A DNA stretch of 64,000 bases from Octopus sinensis (lineage: Eukaryota), in contig NC_042998.1 in NCBI RefSeq assembly GCF_006345805.1, positions 4,402,001 to 4,466,000 of the forward strand. The letters are read 5' to 3'. This document shows, in pieces, positions 11,457-25,603 of the stretch (its first letter is position 1; each line of letters opens with the position of its first letter). The notes below the pieces were generated by a model. That model saw only the letters and a list, made by a program, of their open reading frames with translations. It searched no databases and was not told where the DNA came from. The position numbers and the translations under genes were made by a program.

Positions 11457-12423
11457 TATACCTATGTGTGTGTATATAGTATATATAAATATATGCACGC
11501 ACATATAGATACATACACAGGCACACACACACACACATATATATATGTGTGAATATGTATATATTACACACACATACGCACACACCATTACCAATTTGTC
11601 TCTATATTGTTATCAAAGATCTGTCAATATTTTCATTTTAACTCACTTCTTTAAATAATCACACCTCGAGGGATAGGATACATATGTTAGTTATTAAAAA
11701 AAAGCTTGGATGAAATATTATCCCCAGATCATTGATGAATTCATGTTTAAGTAAACTTCCAGCAAATCAAAACCTAGTTATCTCATCAATGAGGTTTCGA
11801 TGGCTTTATGTCACAAAGTTTGTTAGGAATTGCAAAATATCTTTTTGTTATTCATTTTTTAATATTTTAAAGTAATATTTCCTAACCAAGTATCTGGTAA
11901 TTGTATATATGCATCTGGTAATTGTATATACATTCAGGGCTTGTGAATCGAAAATGATTAATTGTAACAATAATTTTCCCTAAAAGCATACATCATATTA
12001 GTTTCACCTTGCTGCATGCTACTTAAATCACACATGATCAAAATCATGCAAAATCGTGCAAACAGCAAAAAAGAAGGTTCATTAATTCGTGAACGTATGT
12101 ACCAATGTGAGCCTTGAAAGTTGTAAAAAGAATTCTATTGGATATGATTCAGTAATATGATTGTAAACAAAGATATTTAATTCATTAAATATATTTCAGA
12201 GAATAAACATCTAATAAAAAATTTATATGAAATAGATTTCTGTATATAAACAAAGAAGTATATGAATGTATCCATGATTGTATATGTATGTATGTAAGTT
12301 TGTATGTATGTATGAATGTATGTATGTATGTATGTATGTATATATGTACGTACGTATGACCGTATGAAAGTACGTATGTATATATGTATATGCATATATA
12401 TATACATATATAATATATAGATA

Positions 12424-12476
<53 letters not shown>

Positions 12477-12513
12477 ATGTTTGTATATATGTACATATGT
12501 ATATTTATACATG

Positions 12514-12544
<31 letters not shown>

Positions 12545-12758
12545 CACACACACATATATATATATATATGTCTATGATGTGGCACGCGCGTGTTTTCGAA
12601 AATGTAAAGCAAAGGATTGATTAAATACACATTTTAAAAATGATTTTGTTTCTTCTTGTAAGATTATTGTTATATTGTCATATGAAACTCACACATCTGT
12701 ATTCAGATACACAACACACACAAATACATATATATCGATATGTATATTAATGTGTGTT

Positions 12759-12825
<67 letters not shown>

Positions 12826-14267
12826 GAATATATATATACGTATATATATATATGTGTGTATGTGTCTGTGTGTCCTTATATGTGTGTATGCATGCATATG
12901 TTTGTTTTGAAGGTTTTGTGCGTTTGTTTTAGAAAAAAACGTGCTATTCAAATCTCGCATGTGAGATTGAAAACGAATTAAAGCCCTATCTGTGGGACTG
13001 AGATCATTTTTCTATTACAATTGTTAAGGGGAGTTTTTATAATGTATCCTACACAGATTATTTCCATGCTTTTTCCTATTGTATAAACGTTTATCTAAGT
13101 TTTCATCAAAGTTTAAATTACCGCACATATTTCATCTGATTTAGAAATTTTATATCAATACAATTATCAAAATATATATAATCTCCAGGGGGGTGCACGA
13201 AACTTTTATTTACGATAATAAATTCGGTGTTCAAAGCGTGAATAAATTTACCGATATAAAATCGATCGTTCCTTGATAATACCCGGGTTATCTTATTTCA
13301 CATTCCAGAAAGTGCATTGCCTTTCTTTCAGAGAAGTTTAATATACTATTTCAGTATTTTCTAATTTTGAAGAAAAGATTGGAATTCGTGAATTATAGCA
13401 GACGATGGCATCTCTGTCAAACGAAACATGTCCAACTACCAACTATTTGAAATACATTATTTCCAACATACAAGATTTCCATGCACTGAAAGACTGTCAC
13501 CTAACTACAACGACAACATTTATTTATTTACTAGCACAAAGAATAAGCACATTGCTTTAGATATGTTTGCTTTCACAATTAAATAGTCTTATATTTTCCA
13601 ACTTTGAATGAATCAAATTTTTCTATACTGTTGGCTCTCGTATTTCAGTTTTTATCCGAATAATTTTCGATATTTATGGACACGTTTGCAATCGTAGTTA
13701 ATCATTTAAATATCTTCTATTACTCGAGCTACTTACCTTTTGTTAAAATTTATATATCATGAAATGACTCACTATCAAAGAACATATGTGCCTTTATAAT
13801 TCTATGCAATTCGATATAGAATTTGTCCTTTTACAACGAATTCCCTTGAAGAAAATTCTATAATAGAGGTTTTTATTTCACTTAGTGATTTGAATATTGT
13901 GATTGTTAGGAAGTCTAGGCAATGTTCCGATAGTTCGGTTTTAAACAGGAGGCTGGAATTAATCAATGTAGCCATGAAATTTTATGTTGTGGATAAGATT
14001 ATGGATTAATAGAACTGTATTATATACACCTTTTCGGCAGAGAATCTGCTTCATGATTTCGTTGTTTATTGTATTGATGGACAGCTTATTCATCCAAAAT
14101 AGGAACGCTCATATAAGGGACAATACCATGAAGTAGTACATCAATATATTTAAGCAGTTCATTTTAAATATCACTGTGCATACAAATCTAAGCATAATCA
14201 GTTTCTCAGTTAAAATTCCTAGGATTTAAATATATAATTTAGGTTTAGATAATATTAGATATTCATT

Positions 14268-14640
14268 TCAAATTTTGTCACAAGTCCAGAAATTTCGGTG
14301 ATGGGGTATGTCGTTTGCATCGATGCCAATACTCAGCTAGTACTCATTTTATCAAGTCCGAAAGGATTAAGGGTTAAGTCAACCTCGGTGGAATTTGAAT
14401 TTAGAACGTAAAGACAGACGAAATACCTATTTCTTTACTATCCACAAGGGGCTAAACACAGAGAGAACAAACAAGGACAGACAAACGGATTAAATCGATT
14501 ATATCGACCCCAGTGCGTAACTGGTAATTAATTTATCGACCTCGAAAGGATGAAAGGCAAAGTCAACCTCGGTGGAATTTGAACTTAGAACGTAACGGCA
14601 GATGAAAATACGGCTAAGCATTTTGCTCGGCCTACTAACG
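14268..14640 (-). mobile_element. SINE family S3 (CORE-like central motif), internally duplicated
   Basis: Reverse complement carries gactttgcctttcatcctttc...gataaa...gtaccag twice; gtcaacctcggtggaatttgaa occurs at about 14378 and 14561. Confidence 0.8.
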
Positions 14641-15656
14641 ACTTAACTGGCCTTAGATAATGTTAAATATTGATAATTAATAATCAGAACGGTTGCTTGC
14701 AGTATATTAGCATAATGACAACATAAGTATCTTAATTAAAAACTACGAAAACATATATACAGCTTACCAATAGACGGAAATTACTTAAAGCTACTCTTTA
14801 TGATAACATTAGGCTTTAAACGTCAATGAAAGAATACATTACATAATACTACTTTCGGTTTCAAATTTTACCAAAGGACTCTACCTAACAACAGTATAAA
14901 TATAACTGTTACTACGCTGTGCTTTGACATTTGGCATCAAAGTTCAGAGCATATAGAAGGGAGAGGCTTGGCAAACGGTTATATCGCATGCATCTGCGAA
15001 GTATTGGCACATGGAAATCAAACTTATCTGTTTATGATGATGATAGTTGCTCATGAAGATGCACACAAAACTGAATTTACAAAACTGTAAAATATAAAAT
15101 ATAAATATATAATTTTTAATGTTATCACTAATATTTTCCAACTGTGTGTTGCAAAAGCCCACACAGAAGACATAATAATTTAAAGTATTTAAGCAGATTC
15201 CTCGCTATCATCTTAAGTCATCTAACTTTAAATATGAGCAGAAATATCACAATGGCAACTTCAGCTTGCATTTTCATATTTTGTGGTTTGGAAAAATAAT
15301 TATACAAATCTATTGTGGAAAATGAAATCCATGAAAATTCCTACAAAGTCTAAGAGTATGAATGATATTCCATTTTAAAGTAAGGTAGATTGTAATGTTT
15401 GCTGCTGTGAGAGGGATAAAAAAAAAGGAATCAATAGGATATTCAGAAAAAAGTGCATTGCTTATTGGTTACAAAATAATTTTAGAATAATTTATTAAGT
15501 TGTACGAAAACCTGTAAGTTCGAAATATTGCTTACGTCAGTAACACTTGACGAATTCTTGGCGGCATGTAAAAGATCCTGCACTAAATGTTCAATATTCA
15601 GGAAAATATAGTGAAAGCTTTCAAAACTTATATCATTGAGATAGGATATAGTTTCC

Positions 15657-15693
<37 letters not shown>

Positions 15694-15780
15694 ATATATG
15701 TATATATATATGTATATATATATGCATGCATACATACATATATACATACATACATATATATATATATTATATATTAATTT

Positions 15781-16617
15781 TTATAATTAGGGCTTAGTAA
15801 AATAAATTACTTTGCCACATACTGAACTTAGTAGAAATAGCAGCCAAAAAATTTTCTTAGCATTTCTTTAAGTAGTAGAATGCTAAGAAAATTTTTTTTG
15901 GCTGCTATTTCTACTAGTTCAGTATGTGGCAAAGTAATTTATTTTACTAAGCCCTAATTATATAATGTAATATTTTGAATTCGCCTTAAATGGTCCTTTT
16001 ACATACTGAACACTTGGTGAAATTGATTAATTAATTAATTTTACCCTCAATTGATGATATTATAATTCATTTCTCTCGGTCATACTGCCTCGGTTCTCGC
16101 GATTAAAATATAATGTTTGCTAGATAGACCACGTGGGTGGAATGGGGAGTGCAGAATTTTACGCCTGCGCATTTTTAATTTGTTGACACTGTTAGTTGGA
16201 GTGGTTCATCTGAAGCGACAAGTTTGCTGATAGGTAAAGTTCCTTCTTTTTAGTGTTTCCAAATCCAAATTAAGAAATTTTGAGCTGACGAAAGAAATGT
16301 TGATTTTATTTGGCTAATCTTGAAACGTTGACGTACTCAAACGATCTATGTACTTGTGATATTTTTCTGTATTTACCCCCAAACCTTCGTGAGCTGTCTA
16401 GAGTAAGCATTATCTGAGAGAAATTTTCTTTAAGTAGTAGAAATGCTAAGAAAAAGTTTTTGGCTGCTATTTCTACTAAGTTCAGTATGTGGCAAAGTAA
16501 TTTATTTTACTAAGCCCTAATTATATAATGTAATATATTGAATTCGCCTTAAATGGTCCTTTTACATACTGAACACTTGGTGAAATTGATTACTTAATTA
16601 ATTTTACCCTCAATTGT

Positions 16618-16623
<6 letters not shown>
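15781..16623 (+). mobile_element. Composite inverted plus partial-tandem element with hammerhead (Penelope pLTR-like architecture)
   Basis: Palindrome 15781-15866/15878-15963; direct repeat 15863-16060 matching 16425-16623 (period 562 bp); hammerhead at 16279-16341; TA tracts on both sides. Confidence 0.8.
16279..16341 (+). ncRNA. Type I hammerhead ribozyme, intact core
   Basis: tttgag-CTGACGA(16285-16291)-aaga...tctt-GAAAC-gttgac-GT-A(16335)-ctcaaa: perfect 6-bp stem I, 4-bp stem II plus wobble extension, stem III ACGT/ACGT, GUA triplet. Confidence 0.85.
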
Positions 16624-16659
<36 letters not shown>

Positions 16660-16721
16660 ATATATATATATATATTTATACACATACATACATACATACA
16701 TATATATACATACATATATAT

Positions 16722-16764
<43 letters not shown>

Positions 16765-16787
16765 TGCATACATACATATATATTATA

Positions 16788-16844
<57 letters not shown>

Positions 16845-16888
16845 TAGTGAGTGTATCTGTGTGTCTTGGCGTCTGCGTTTGTCCCTCA

Positions 16889-17050
16889 TCTCAATCTCTC
16901 AAGGTTTTTGGACTTAACCTTGCTTCTCCTTGCTTTTCTTATGGGCAATTATACGTAGGATCTTCGCGAGTTGGAAGTCCCAAAACTCTTTTTATTTGGA
17001 TCCCAATTAAAGGACACAGGGAAAACATTGTATAGGTAGAAGTTCTGCAA
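16889..17050 (+). mobile_element. Helitron Rep/helicase C-terminal remnant
   Basis: [36 protein letters not shown]...ENIV*VEVL matches the Pif1-like helicase end motif GQ(T/S)L...FSHGQLYVAxSRV...NIVYxEVL of Helitrons; in-frame stop. Confidence 0.75.
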
Positions 17051-17793
17051 AATTATCTAAGTATGGCCCTTACAAAAAAAATATAAATATAAAACATATT
17101 TAGTTTCATATCATTTAAGATACAGGATCTAGGTTGAAGGATTTGACCATCCTTAATGTTAACAGAAGAAAGGAAGTGGTAGGAGAGGAATAAAAGTAAT
17201 TACAACGAATATTTGTTTTCAACACGTATGGAAAGTTATATACAATAATATAATATATATATATAGAATATAATGACCATTTAAGTTTTAACCCAATTGG
17301 GATAGTAACAATATCTATAACATATTTATGGTTAAATTTGTATCTTACCTTATGCATACTAATTTTTTTTACTAGTTTAATCTTTATATTTCAATCCTTC
17401 CATCTGCAATACTAGCAAATATTGCTCATGCACTGTTTTCCTTTATTTCATCATAATCTTTTACTTTCATTTCTTTTTAATTTCAATTTATTTCTCTTCT
17501 TTTTCATCCGAATCCCTTTATTTCATAAACAAAATATCTACAAACCTTTCTCTAGTTTCGTTTTTCGTTCTCTATTTTTACTTCTAGGTTATTAACGATA
17601 AATATTATAATGTTCCATATATATCTTACTTTCTTCCACCTATTATAATCCACAGTTTACTTTTTAATATCTGGCTAAATCGCCCTCCTCGATTCTATAC
17701 TAAACCGTTTTATTAATTTTATTACTTATTGTATTCCATATATTAATATTTCAATGTTTGACTCTCTGCATACATATATATATATATACATAT

Positions 17794-17850
<57 letters not shown>

Positions 17851-19740
17851 TGTGTGTGAGTGTGTTTGTGTTTGTACTGAGGCGATGAAAGAAAAGTAAA
17901 ATAACTATGATATTCATTGACCTGATGAGAAAGTCTTTATACATGAATTAATTTATAAATTATACAACTGAATTATGTAATCTATATTATATACATTAGG
18001 AGAGGCATGTAGAATAGTTTATTATATATTAATTTATGTATAAACAATAAAATAAATTGCTTTTATATGATAAACGCTACGAAACGATCGTCGTTGTATG
18101 GATGTCAATTGGTGAAATAAATCTTTTCATCTTAATTCTCCTCTTTCTCTTCATTGTTTATACTCTCCCAGTGTAACAATCATCGGACTATACGTTCCAT
18201 TCCTTTGTTTTGTTTTGGTTTACTTTGTGGTTTGTAATATGATCCATTAAGCAGCTTTTTATAAGAGTGCTACCGGATACGTTAAATCCATACATTGTAT
18301 ATTAAATACACACACTCATATACACATACACATACACACATACATATATTTATATTATACACATCCACACTTACATAAATATGTGCATTATGTATACATG
18401 TATGTACATATATCTGTATGTATGCATACACATATATACATATACATATGAATATCAGCATACTGAGTTGAATCTAAAGATTCCCTGAAAGGAATTGATT
18501 ATTTGCCAAAGTTACCGTGGAGTATGTAATATAGTCTGCGTTTAAAGTCTTGTCTATTCTTCAAGCATTAGAAAAATACCAATGGCAATGTATTTCTTCT
18601 ATCTCGTCTTGCTTTGCTGTCGATCTTCAGACGACCGATGGCTTATTTTAACCTCTCATATATATAAATATACTTTAATTCTATGTCTTATGTTGAAAAT
18701 TAATTGTTGAGAATGGCACGTGGTAATTATGAATATATAACAATGCGGAAATCGTTATGAAAGAAATTAAAAAGAAACAGCACCAAAAATGTGTACAGCA
18801 CCAAATATACAAAAGTGATATTTTTCTATAGAAAATTTGGCTGTAAATCCTCCAAAATGTTTCATCAAGACTCCTGTGTTTAAAATCCGAATACACAAAT
18901 ATGTCAGAAACAGTGTTTGAACAGGAAGGGGATTTGTTAGATTCCTTGTAAGAACGGTGGAGAAACTAAGTAAGAAGTTTACGATAGAGTAGTTTCATCA
19001 GTAGGTGCGGTTTATAATTGTAGACATACTTAATACGTGTGATACTTATATGTGTGTTAAATGTGTGTCTCGCATTGAATGATTGTGGCAAATAATGTGT
19101 TATAGGTGGAGTTAAAATATGAATATTGTATTTTGGATTAAATATCTGTAGCACTTTTGGACATGTTGATTTAGTGAGAATCGGGTCACGTCAAATATAT
19201 GAACCATAGGTTACAATTTAAGCCTGCATAGTATAAGTTCATATTTTGTGTGAGTGTGTGTGTACGTGTGTGTGTGTGTGTGGGAAGGGCACTCATTTTC
19301 TGCTATTGTGTGTTGGGTAGCATAGATGTATAAACATATAAGCCATCACGAATAATCGTATGCGCCTTCACGTAGACGTAAGTATACAAATGTGGTTGTG
19401 CAGAAAACAAATACAGATATTCCCTTGAGTATTTACATGCATCTATACCATTCATGTTTTCAGACTCTCAGAGATATTCTATGAAGAATCAGGAGTAGTT
19501 TCAGAACAGTCGCCATCATGCTCATCATCATCATCATCATCATCATCATCTATCCCCCTATATGTGCTTGTGTGTGCTTGTGTGTTTGCTTGTGCGTGTG
19601 TCTGTGTGCGTGTGTGTATGTACAAAGAGAGAAAGAGGAGAGAAAACCTTATAACGTTGTCTATAGAAATGGTAAATAGTGCCTACCATACATCTTAGCC
19701 ATAATAACCACTACACCTGACATCTCTCATTTGAACGATT

Positions 19741-19803
<63 letters not shown>

Positions 19804-19821
19804 TATATACAAATTGAAGGC

Positions 19822-20365
19822 ATGGCTGCTCTCGATTATTGGGATCGCCTTAAAGCCTTGAAACTTTACTCCCTCCAGCGTCGCCGTGAGCGGTACATCA
19901 TTTGTACGATGTGGAAAATATACCGCCAACTTTGCCCAAGCGACCTAAACATTAGCTTCAAGGTTCATCCAAGACTTGGACCACGGGCTATACGTCCCCT
20001 GCCAAATTCAAGATCACAACATACACGTACACTGCAACATAATTTCTTTTCCTCAACAGGCCCTGCCCTATTTAACATTGTCCCGAGGGAGATCAAAGAG
20101 GAAAAGGATCCCATCAACTTCAAACAGAGTCTGGATAGATTCCTTCAAAGAATACCAGATAAGCCACCCATAATTGGATACAGCTCACCCAACAAGAACT
20201 CACTACTTGAACAAAACTGGATACATCTCACCCAACAAGAACTCACTACTTGAACAAAACCTGACTTAAACAGGATTCGAATAATCCTATCAGGTGGTGC
20301 TATTAAGTTAGACATGGCCTGGACCAATCTCTGGTCGAAACATATCTAAGTTTTATCTAAGTTTT
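19822..20365 (+). mobile_element. 3' end of a CR1-group (CR1/L2-like) LINE
   Basis: ORF LDYWDRLKALKLYSLQRRRERY...GPALFN...FKQSLDRFLQRIPDKP is a typical CR1-group RT C-terminus; internal 32-bp duplication at 20187 and 20229; (tatctaagttt)2 tail. Confidence 0.85.
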
Positions 20366-20434
20366 ATATATACATTTACGTACTATCCATACGCGTATAC
20401 ACATATTCACTTACACACACTTACACATATTCAC

Positions 20435-20467
<33 letters not shown>

Positions 20468-21513
20468 AAACCTCAAACCCACATGCACATATATGAAGAT
20501 ATAAATACAAACACATATGTGCATAAGTACGGTGACCTATACAATTATGCCTATATACATATACAGTGACACAAATATATACAACATACACGTATGAGTG
20601 CTTATTCATAAAATAATTAAATACGCAATTTACATACTTAAGCAAAGTGTACTTAATGTAAAATATACTTATGTTTTCGATAATTTATTATTTGAAATTA
20701 ATAATTGTCGGTCAAAAAAAAAAAGAGAAAAAGATGCAAAAATTTATCATTACAAAAATTATATACATTATATATTCATTGAAGAGGATACATCAAATTA
20801 TAAATATATACTTAGTAGAACCGTATCGTTTCTATATTTATATTTCTTTGGTAGTATGGTCCCTAATCATGAATAGTGCATATGGAATTGCATTTATGTA
20901 AGAGCTTAGGAATATTGGGGCATACGTTTAAAGTAACAAATTGAAACTAGAAATGAACAATGCTATATATAGGTTTAATCCATTAAGGTAATACGGAATA
21001 TAAGAGGTAAACTCTGACTGTTGTACGAAGAAATGTCTGATAAATATGCCCGTATGAGAATATTCGCTGAATTTATATGCATCTGCATATAAATAGACAT
21101 ATCAAGCTATGGAGGATGTCCGATTTCTCAGTGATGCATGAGTTACATCTGTGCTACTACAGTTATATTTCAAGAGTGTCTAGTCTCCATTAGATATTGG
21201 TTCCAAAGTTTAGCACTGATACCTACATACATACTTACATACATACATAATACATACATACATACATACATAACAATGTCTTACATTTCAGATGTACATA
21301 TGTTATATCTCACAATGTTTCAGTATATTATTGATATAAATGTAAACACATTCATAGTAATTGAACCATTTCCAGAACATTCTATGGGCATAGATATATT
21401 TTCCTTTTATATAAGAGAAAATATTTATATTATTCGAACTCATTGCTTTTAATATATAGTCTTAATGTTAATGACTGTCAGCAGCACCATTTATATAACA
21501 TTTTCTGCCTTAG

Positions 21514-21642
21514 AAACCAAACGGTCAAAGAGGACTTCTCAAAATTTCGGCTTCCTTTTTCACTTTCCGACATTTGTTGTACGAGTTTCGTTATAATTCG
21601 TAAATTCTTTTATATTAGCCCCTTCCGTTTCCTCTGGTGCCA
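21514..21642 (+). other. Candidate 129-nt host exon (unverified)
   Basis: Acceptor ttttctgccttag, donor ca|gtaagt, length divisible by 3, one open frame; no recognisable protein similarity. Confidence 0.25.
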
Positions 21643-23592
21643 GTAAGTACTGTCCATTTTACTGTTGTCTTGATTCTAGGAACTCCGATATTTGTTTGAT
21701 GACAATTAGCAGTAATGTATATACATATACATTCTAATATTTGCTATAAAGCCAGTGTTTTTTTTAAACTTTTTAACTCATTAAAAGTTTAAAGATATAC
21801 ATTTATAGATTGTAAAATTTGTTTTGATTGAAAGTTTAAGTTTGACTAAACGACTTATTCAGTTACACTGTTCGAATAAGCCAACGGAAGTGGCTTAAAG
21901 TGCCAGTGAAATGGAATTTCATAACATGTATGACGCTAGTTTCAATACTGAGTCTCTCCACCAGCAAATATTCTATAGGTATACAACGACTTGCCTTGAA
22001 ATAATATCCTTGAATTAACATACCCTTATATGTGTTTATAATTGCGTGTGTATATGCCTACACTCACGCACACATGCTCTCATTGTATCCCGCTCTCTCT
22101 CTTTCTTTCTTCTTTTGTGTGTGTTTATAGATATATATATATTATATTATATTATACCTTGAGTTTATGAATGAGCACAGATGTGTACATATATATGTAT
22201 GTGTATGGCAGTATGACGTTATCTATTTGTGTATATGCATCAGTGCGTCCTTATACCTATATTATTTTGTGTATACATCGTGCTATTATTAATGAATTGA
22301 AAGAGAATTTATTTCTTGTAAACATATAAAACTTACTGTTAATCATTTGATTTTCCAAAGATGAAATAGTAAAGATAAAACCGGAAACAACTATATTGCT
22401 TAAGTATCAATAATTTGAACTTAACATCAAGGCGCTATCTTTGTTTCATCTGGGGAATAGAACTGACACACAGCAAAAAGACCAAATCTAAAATCAAGTG
22501 TCAACAGGGCATGATTTCTGGAAATAATTAGTCTACATCGCAGTGAAGAACAAATAAATTAATAAAGCAAATTCATACTGATATATAGTCTATTAGCGCT
22601 ATTGGTATATTGGTAATTTTCCAGATATGTTAGGACACTAGCCCAATTAATGTCAGAAGTATCTGTTTGTCTAGAAGAGTAAAACACAGACAGGAGGCAG
22701 TAAACGTGCTTTAAGCTTTAATGTATTCTATTGCCTGGTTTGTTGGTGGCATGCTGTTTTCAGTCGAGTTGGAGCTGCTACAGTTGCCGCTGCTGCTGTA
22801 ATCGTAGCTTTTGCTGTTGTTGTTTGCGTTCTTCTAGATACAGTTACTGCTAACACATTTATTTGTCACTGCTATTGCAATCCTTCTTATAATTGTGGCC
22901 AGACTAAATGCATTTAAAGTATGTAATTAATAAAATTCAATGACATATTTGGAAAACATCCATCGAAAGAGATTCTTTGTTCAGATCACCACATAATTTG
23001 TTGTCAAGCGAGAATAGTAATTATTAACTTAACTGGCTCAAATGCAACGTTTGCCATTAAACTTATTCTTTTATGGAACTTTTATGATAAATTCAGTAAA
23101 GAATGCAATCGTATAAATGGCATTAAAACAGAATATATGTCTCTCTCTTGCTTCTTTCATGACATTCGTTATTAGGAACATTCCAGGAAGGTAAGGCAAA
23201 TTGCCACATTCTGTATTAATTCAGAACCCATTCTATGCGTTGCAAAGTATTATGTACTTTTGCCTATTAAGCATTCTTAATTGAGTGGATAATGATAACA
23301 TTAACAATTAAAATTAAAGTTAATCAAGAATAAATGATTGCTACAACTTGAAATGAACTTATAAATAAACAGTATATCATCATGAAACATAGTCTTGTTT
23401 GTATTTCTTTTCTGAAACACCATTAGTAAGGTAAAACCGACCTAAAAATTAGTAACTTGTAAGGGAAATAATCTAAAAAGGATTAAGTTTCTTAGTATAT
23501 CATATTGTAAAATAAAAATGTATGAAATATTTAGAAGTCGATCATTAATTGCAGAGTATTATTTTATTCAAATGTGAATGAAAATTAAGATA

Positions 23593-23996
23593 GGCGCAGG
23601 AGTGGCTGCGTGGTAAGTAGCTTGCTAACCAACAACATGGTTCCGGGTTCAGTCCCACTGCGTGGCATCTTGGGCAAGTGTCTTCTGCTATAGCCCCGGC
23701 CGACCAAAGCCTTGTGAGTGGATTTGGTAGACGGAAACTGAAAGAAGCCTGTCGTATATATGTATATATATAAGTGTCTGTGTGTATATGTTTGTGTGTC
23801 TGTGTTTGTCCCCCTAGCATTGCTTGATAATCAATGCTGGTGTGTTTAGGTCCATGTAACATAGCAGTTCTGCAAAAGAGACCGACAGAATAAGTACTTG
23901 GCTTACAAATAATAAGTCCTGGGGTCGATTTGCTCGACTAAAGGCGGTGCTCCAGCATGTCCGCAGTCAAATGACTGAAGCAAGTAAAAGAGTAAA
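23593..23996 (+). mobile_element. SINE family S1
   Basis: Full-length match to 6373-6775. Confidence 0.9.
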
Positions 23997-25405
23997 GTGT
24001 ATCCTTTTCCCTACTGCCTTAGCAAATTATTAATAAACTTTAGCAGGATAAAGACAATAGCATTGTAAATGACTATATCGACGATCTGGTTTTGCAGCAA
24101 AATAAAAACAATATATTTTCTTCAGCAATTTTAAAAAGGAAACGGAGGATGTGCTCTTATATCCATTGCAATACATTTTATACTTCCCGAATTAATAACT
24201 TTTACTATAGGATAATCAAATTTAGGCAACAAAATGGAATGGAGCCTATTTTTCATGTAAAACATTATTGGAGTGAATTTTAATAAAAATTGAGATCATT
24301 TGTGATGTGTTATATTTTCTTGCTTATTGTATGTCGGATTCAACAAAAATCTGCTCAGCAAATTCTCCTTAATAATTCTAATCCTTCCATTCAAAGAAAA
24401 TAGTATTACCGTTTCTAGAATTTACATAGTATGGACACAGATTAGCCTAATTCATTAAAAAAAAAGATATGCTTATGTTTTGGCTTTTGAAACCATCAGT
24501 TTCACTTATCGAAATTATATGCGGCTTCGTAAGAATAATTCTTTTATAACTAATACTTCATGTATAGGAATATTGCTACTGAAAGGCAGAAAAACAAAGA
24601 AACGAAAGAAAACAGTAAATAAGACGCGAAGAAAACGCCAGAGAAATAAGTTCGGCAAATCGTCTGAATTAGTTAAGCTTCATTGTTTCTTCTGTAGAAT
24701 TTAGAAATTCATGCTTCTGTTTTATGGAAACAGTAGCTTTCCATAAAAGATAACATTACCAGCAATGATCCCTAGTTTTCACAGGTTACCTTACCTCGTG
24801 ATATTATTACTAATTTAGTTGTATTCTCTTCAGTACGGGTGAAAAATTAAATATATTTGGTTCACTACATTAACAATGCTAGCACCATTCAGTAAGGAAA
24901 TCACACGTGCAAATTAGAATCGAATTCAGAACAACATAATTAAAAGCAGATATATTGAGAATATAGTAACTCTTGGTCATTGTAGTTTATGATGGGCAGT
25001 GAAATAAAATAAAAAGGGCAATCTTATATATTTAAACAAATTTTCTTTCCATACGTTGTCGTTTACGGTGATTAGTTCCAGGTCATTTTTGCTTAAGTAT
25101 GCATGAACTTGCAACAGTAAGTGTCTACTCTGTTTTCCCTTGTGTAGTTAACGCTTAGGAAATGTGTACTTTATTTATTTTTTTTGATTAAATCTTTTGG
25201 GCGTAATTTGATGCCGATTTCAATAATATTTATATTTGTTGTAGACCGATCAAGTACATAGACTAATGTCTCTGTTTTCGGTTCATATATTTATAGACAG
25301 AACGAAAGGCCTCTTCTGTCTGTTCTACATTTCAAAAGTGAGTCGAGTCTTGCGAGACATTTGTTCACTATCTAGGGGTTGATAATCATATGCGAAAAGA
25401 GACGG

Positions 25406-25441
<36 letters not shown>

Positions 25442-25541
25442 GTACTACTACTACTACTACTATTAACAATAATAAAAATAGTATTAATAATAATTAATAA
25501 TGATAGTAATAATAAAAACAATAACAACAACAACAATAATG

Positions 25542-25602
<61 letters not shown>

Positions 25603-25603
<1 letters not shown>

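Noticed and set aside
13397-13440. CAGACGA-tggca/tgtca-aac-GAAACATGTC
   Set aside because: Good stem III, but core substitution, extra bases and no stem I; possibly a decayed motif, not counted.
14024-14056. Minus-strand TCATGAA-gcaga/tctgc-cGAAA
   Set aside because: Stem II present but core, stem III and stem I are degenerate; not counted.
18066-18100. GAAACGATCGTC half-motif (similar halves at 21935, 31128 and 47441)
   Set aside because: No recognisable CTGANGA or stem I upstream.
24480-24704. Basic 74-aa ORF as a possible host exon
   Set aside because: A-rich low-complexity origin, no clear donor, no recognisable domain.
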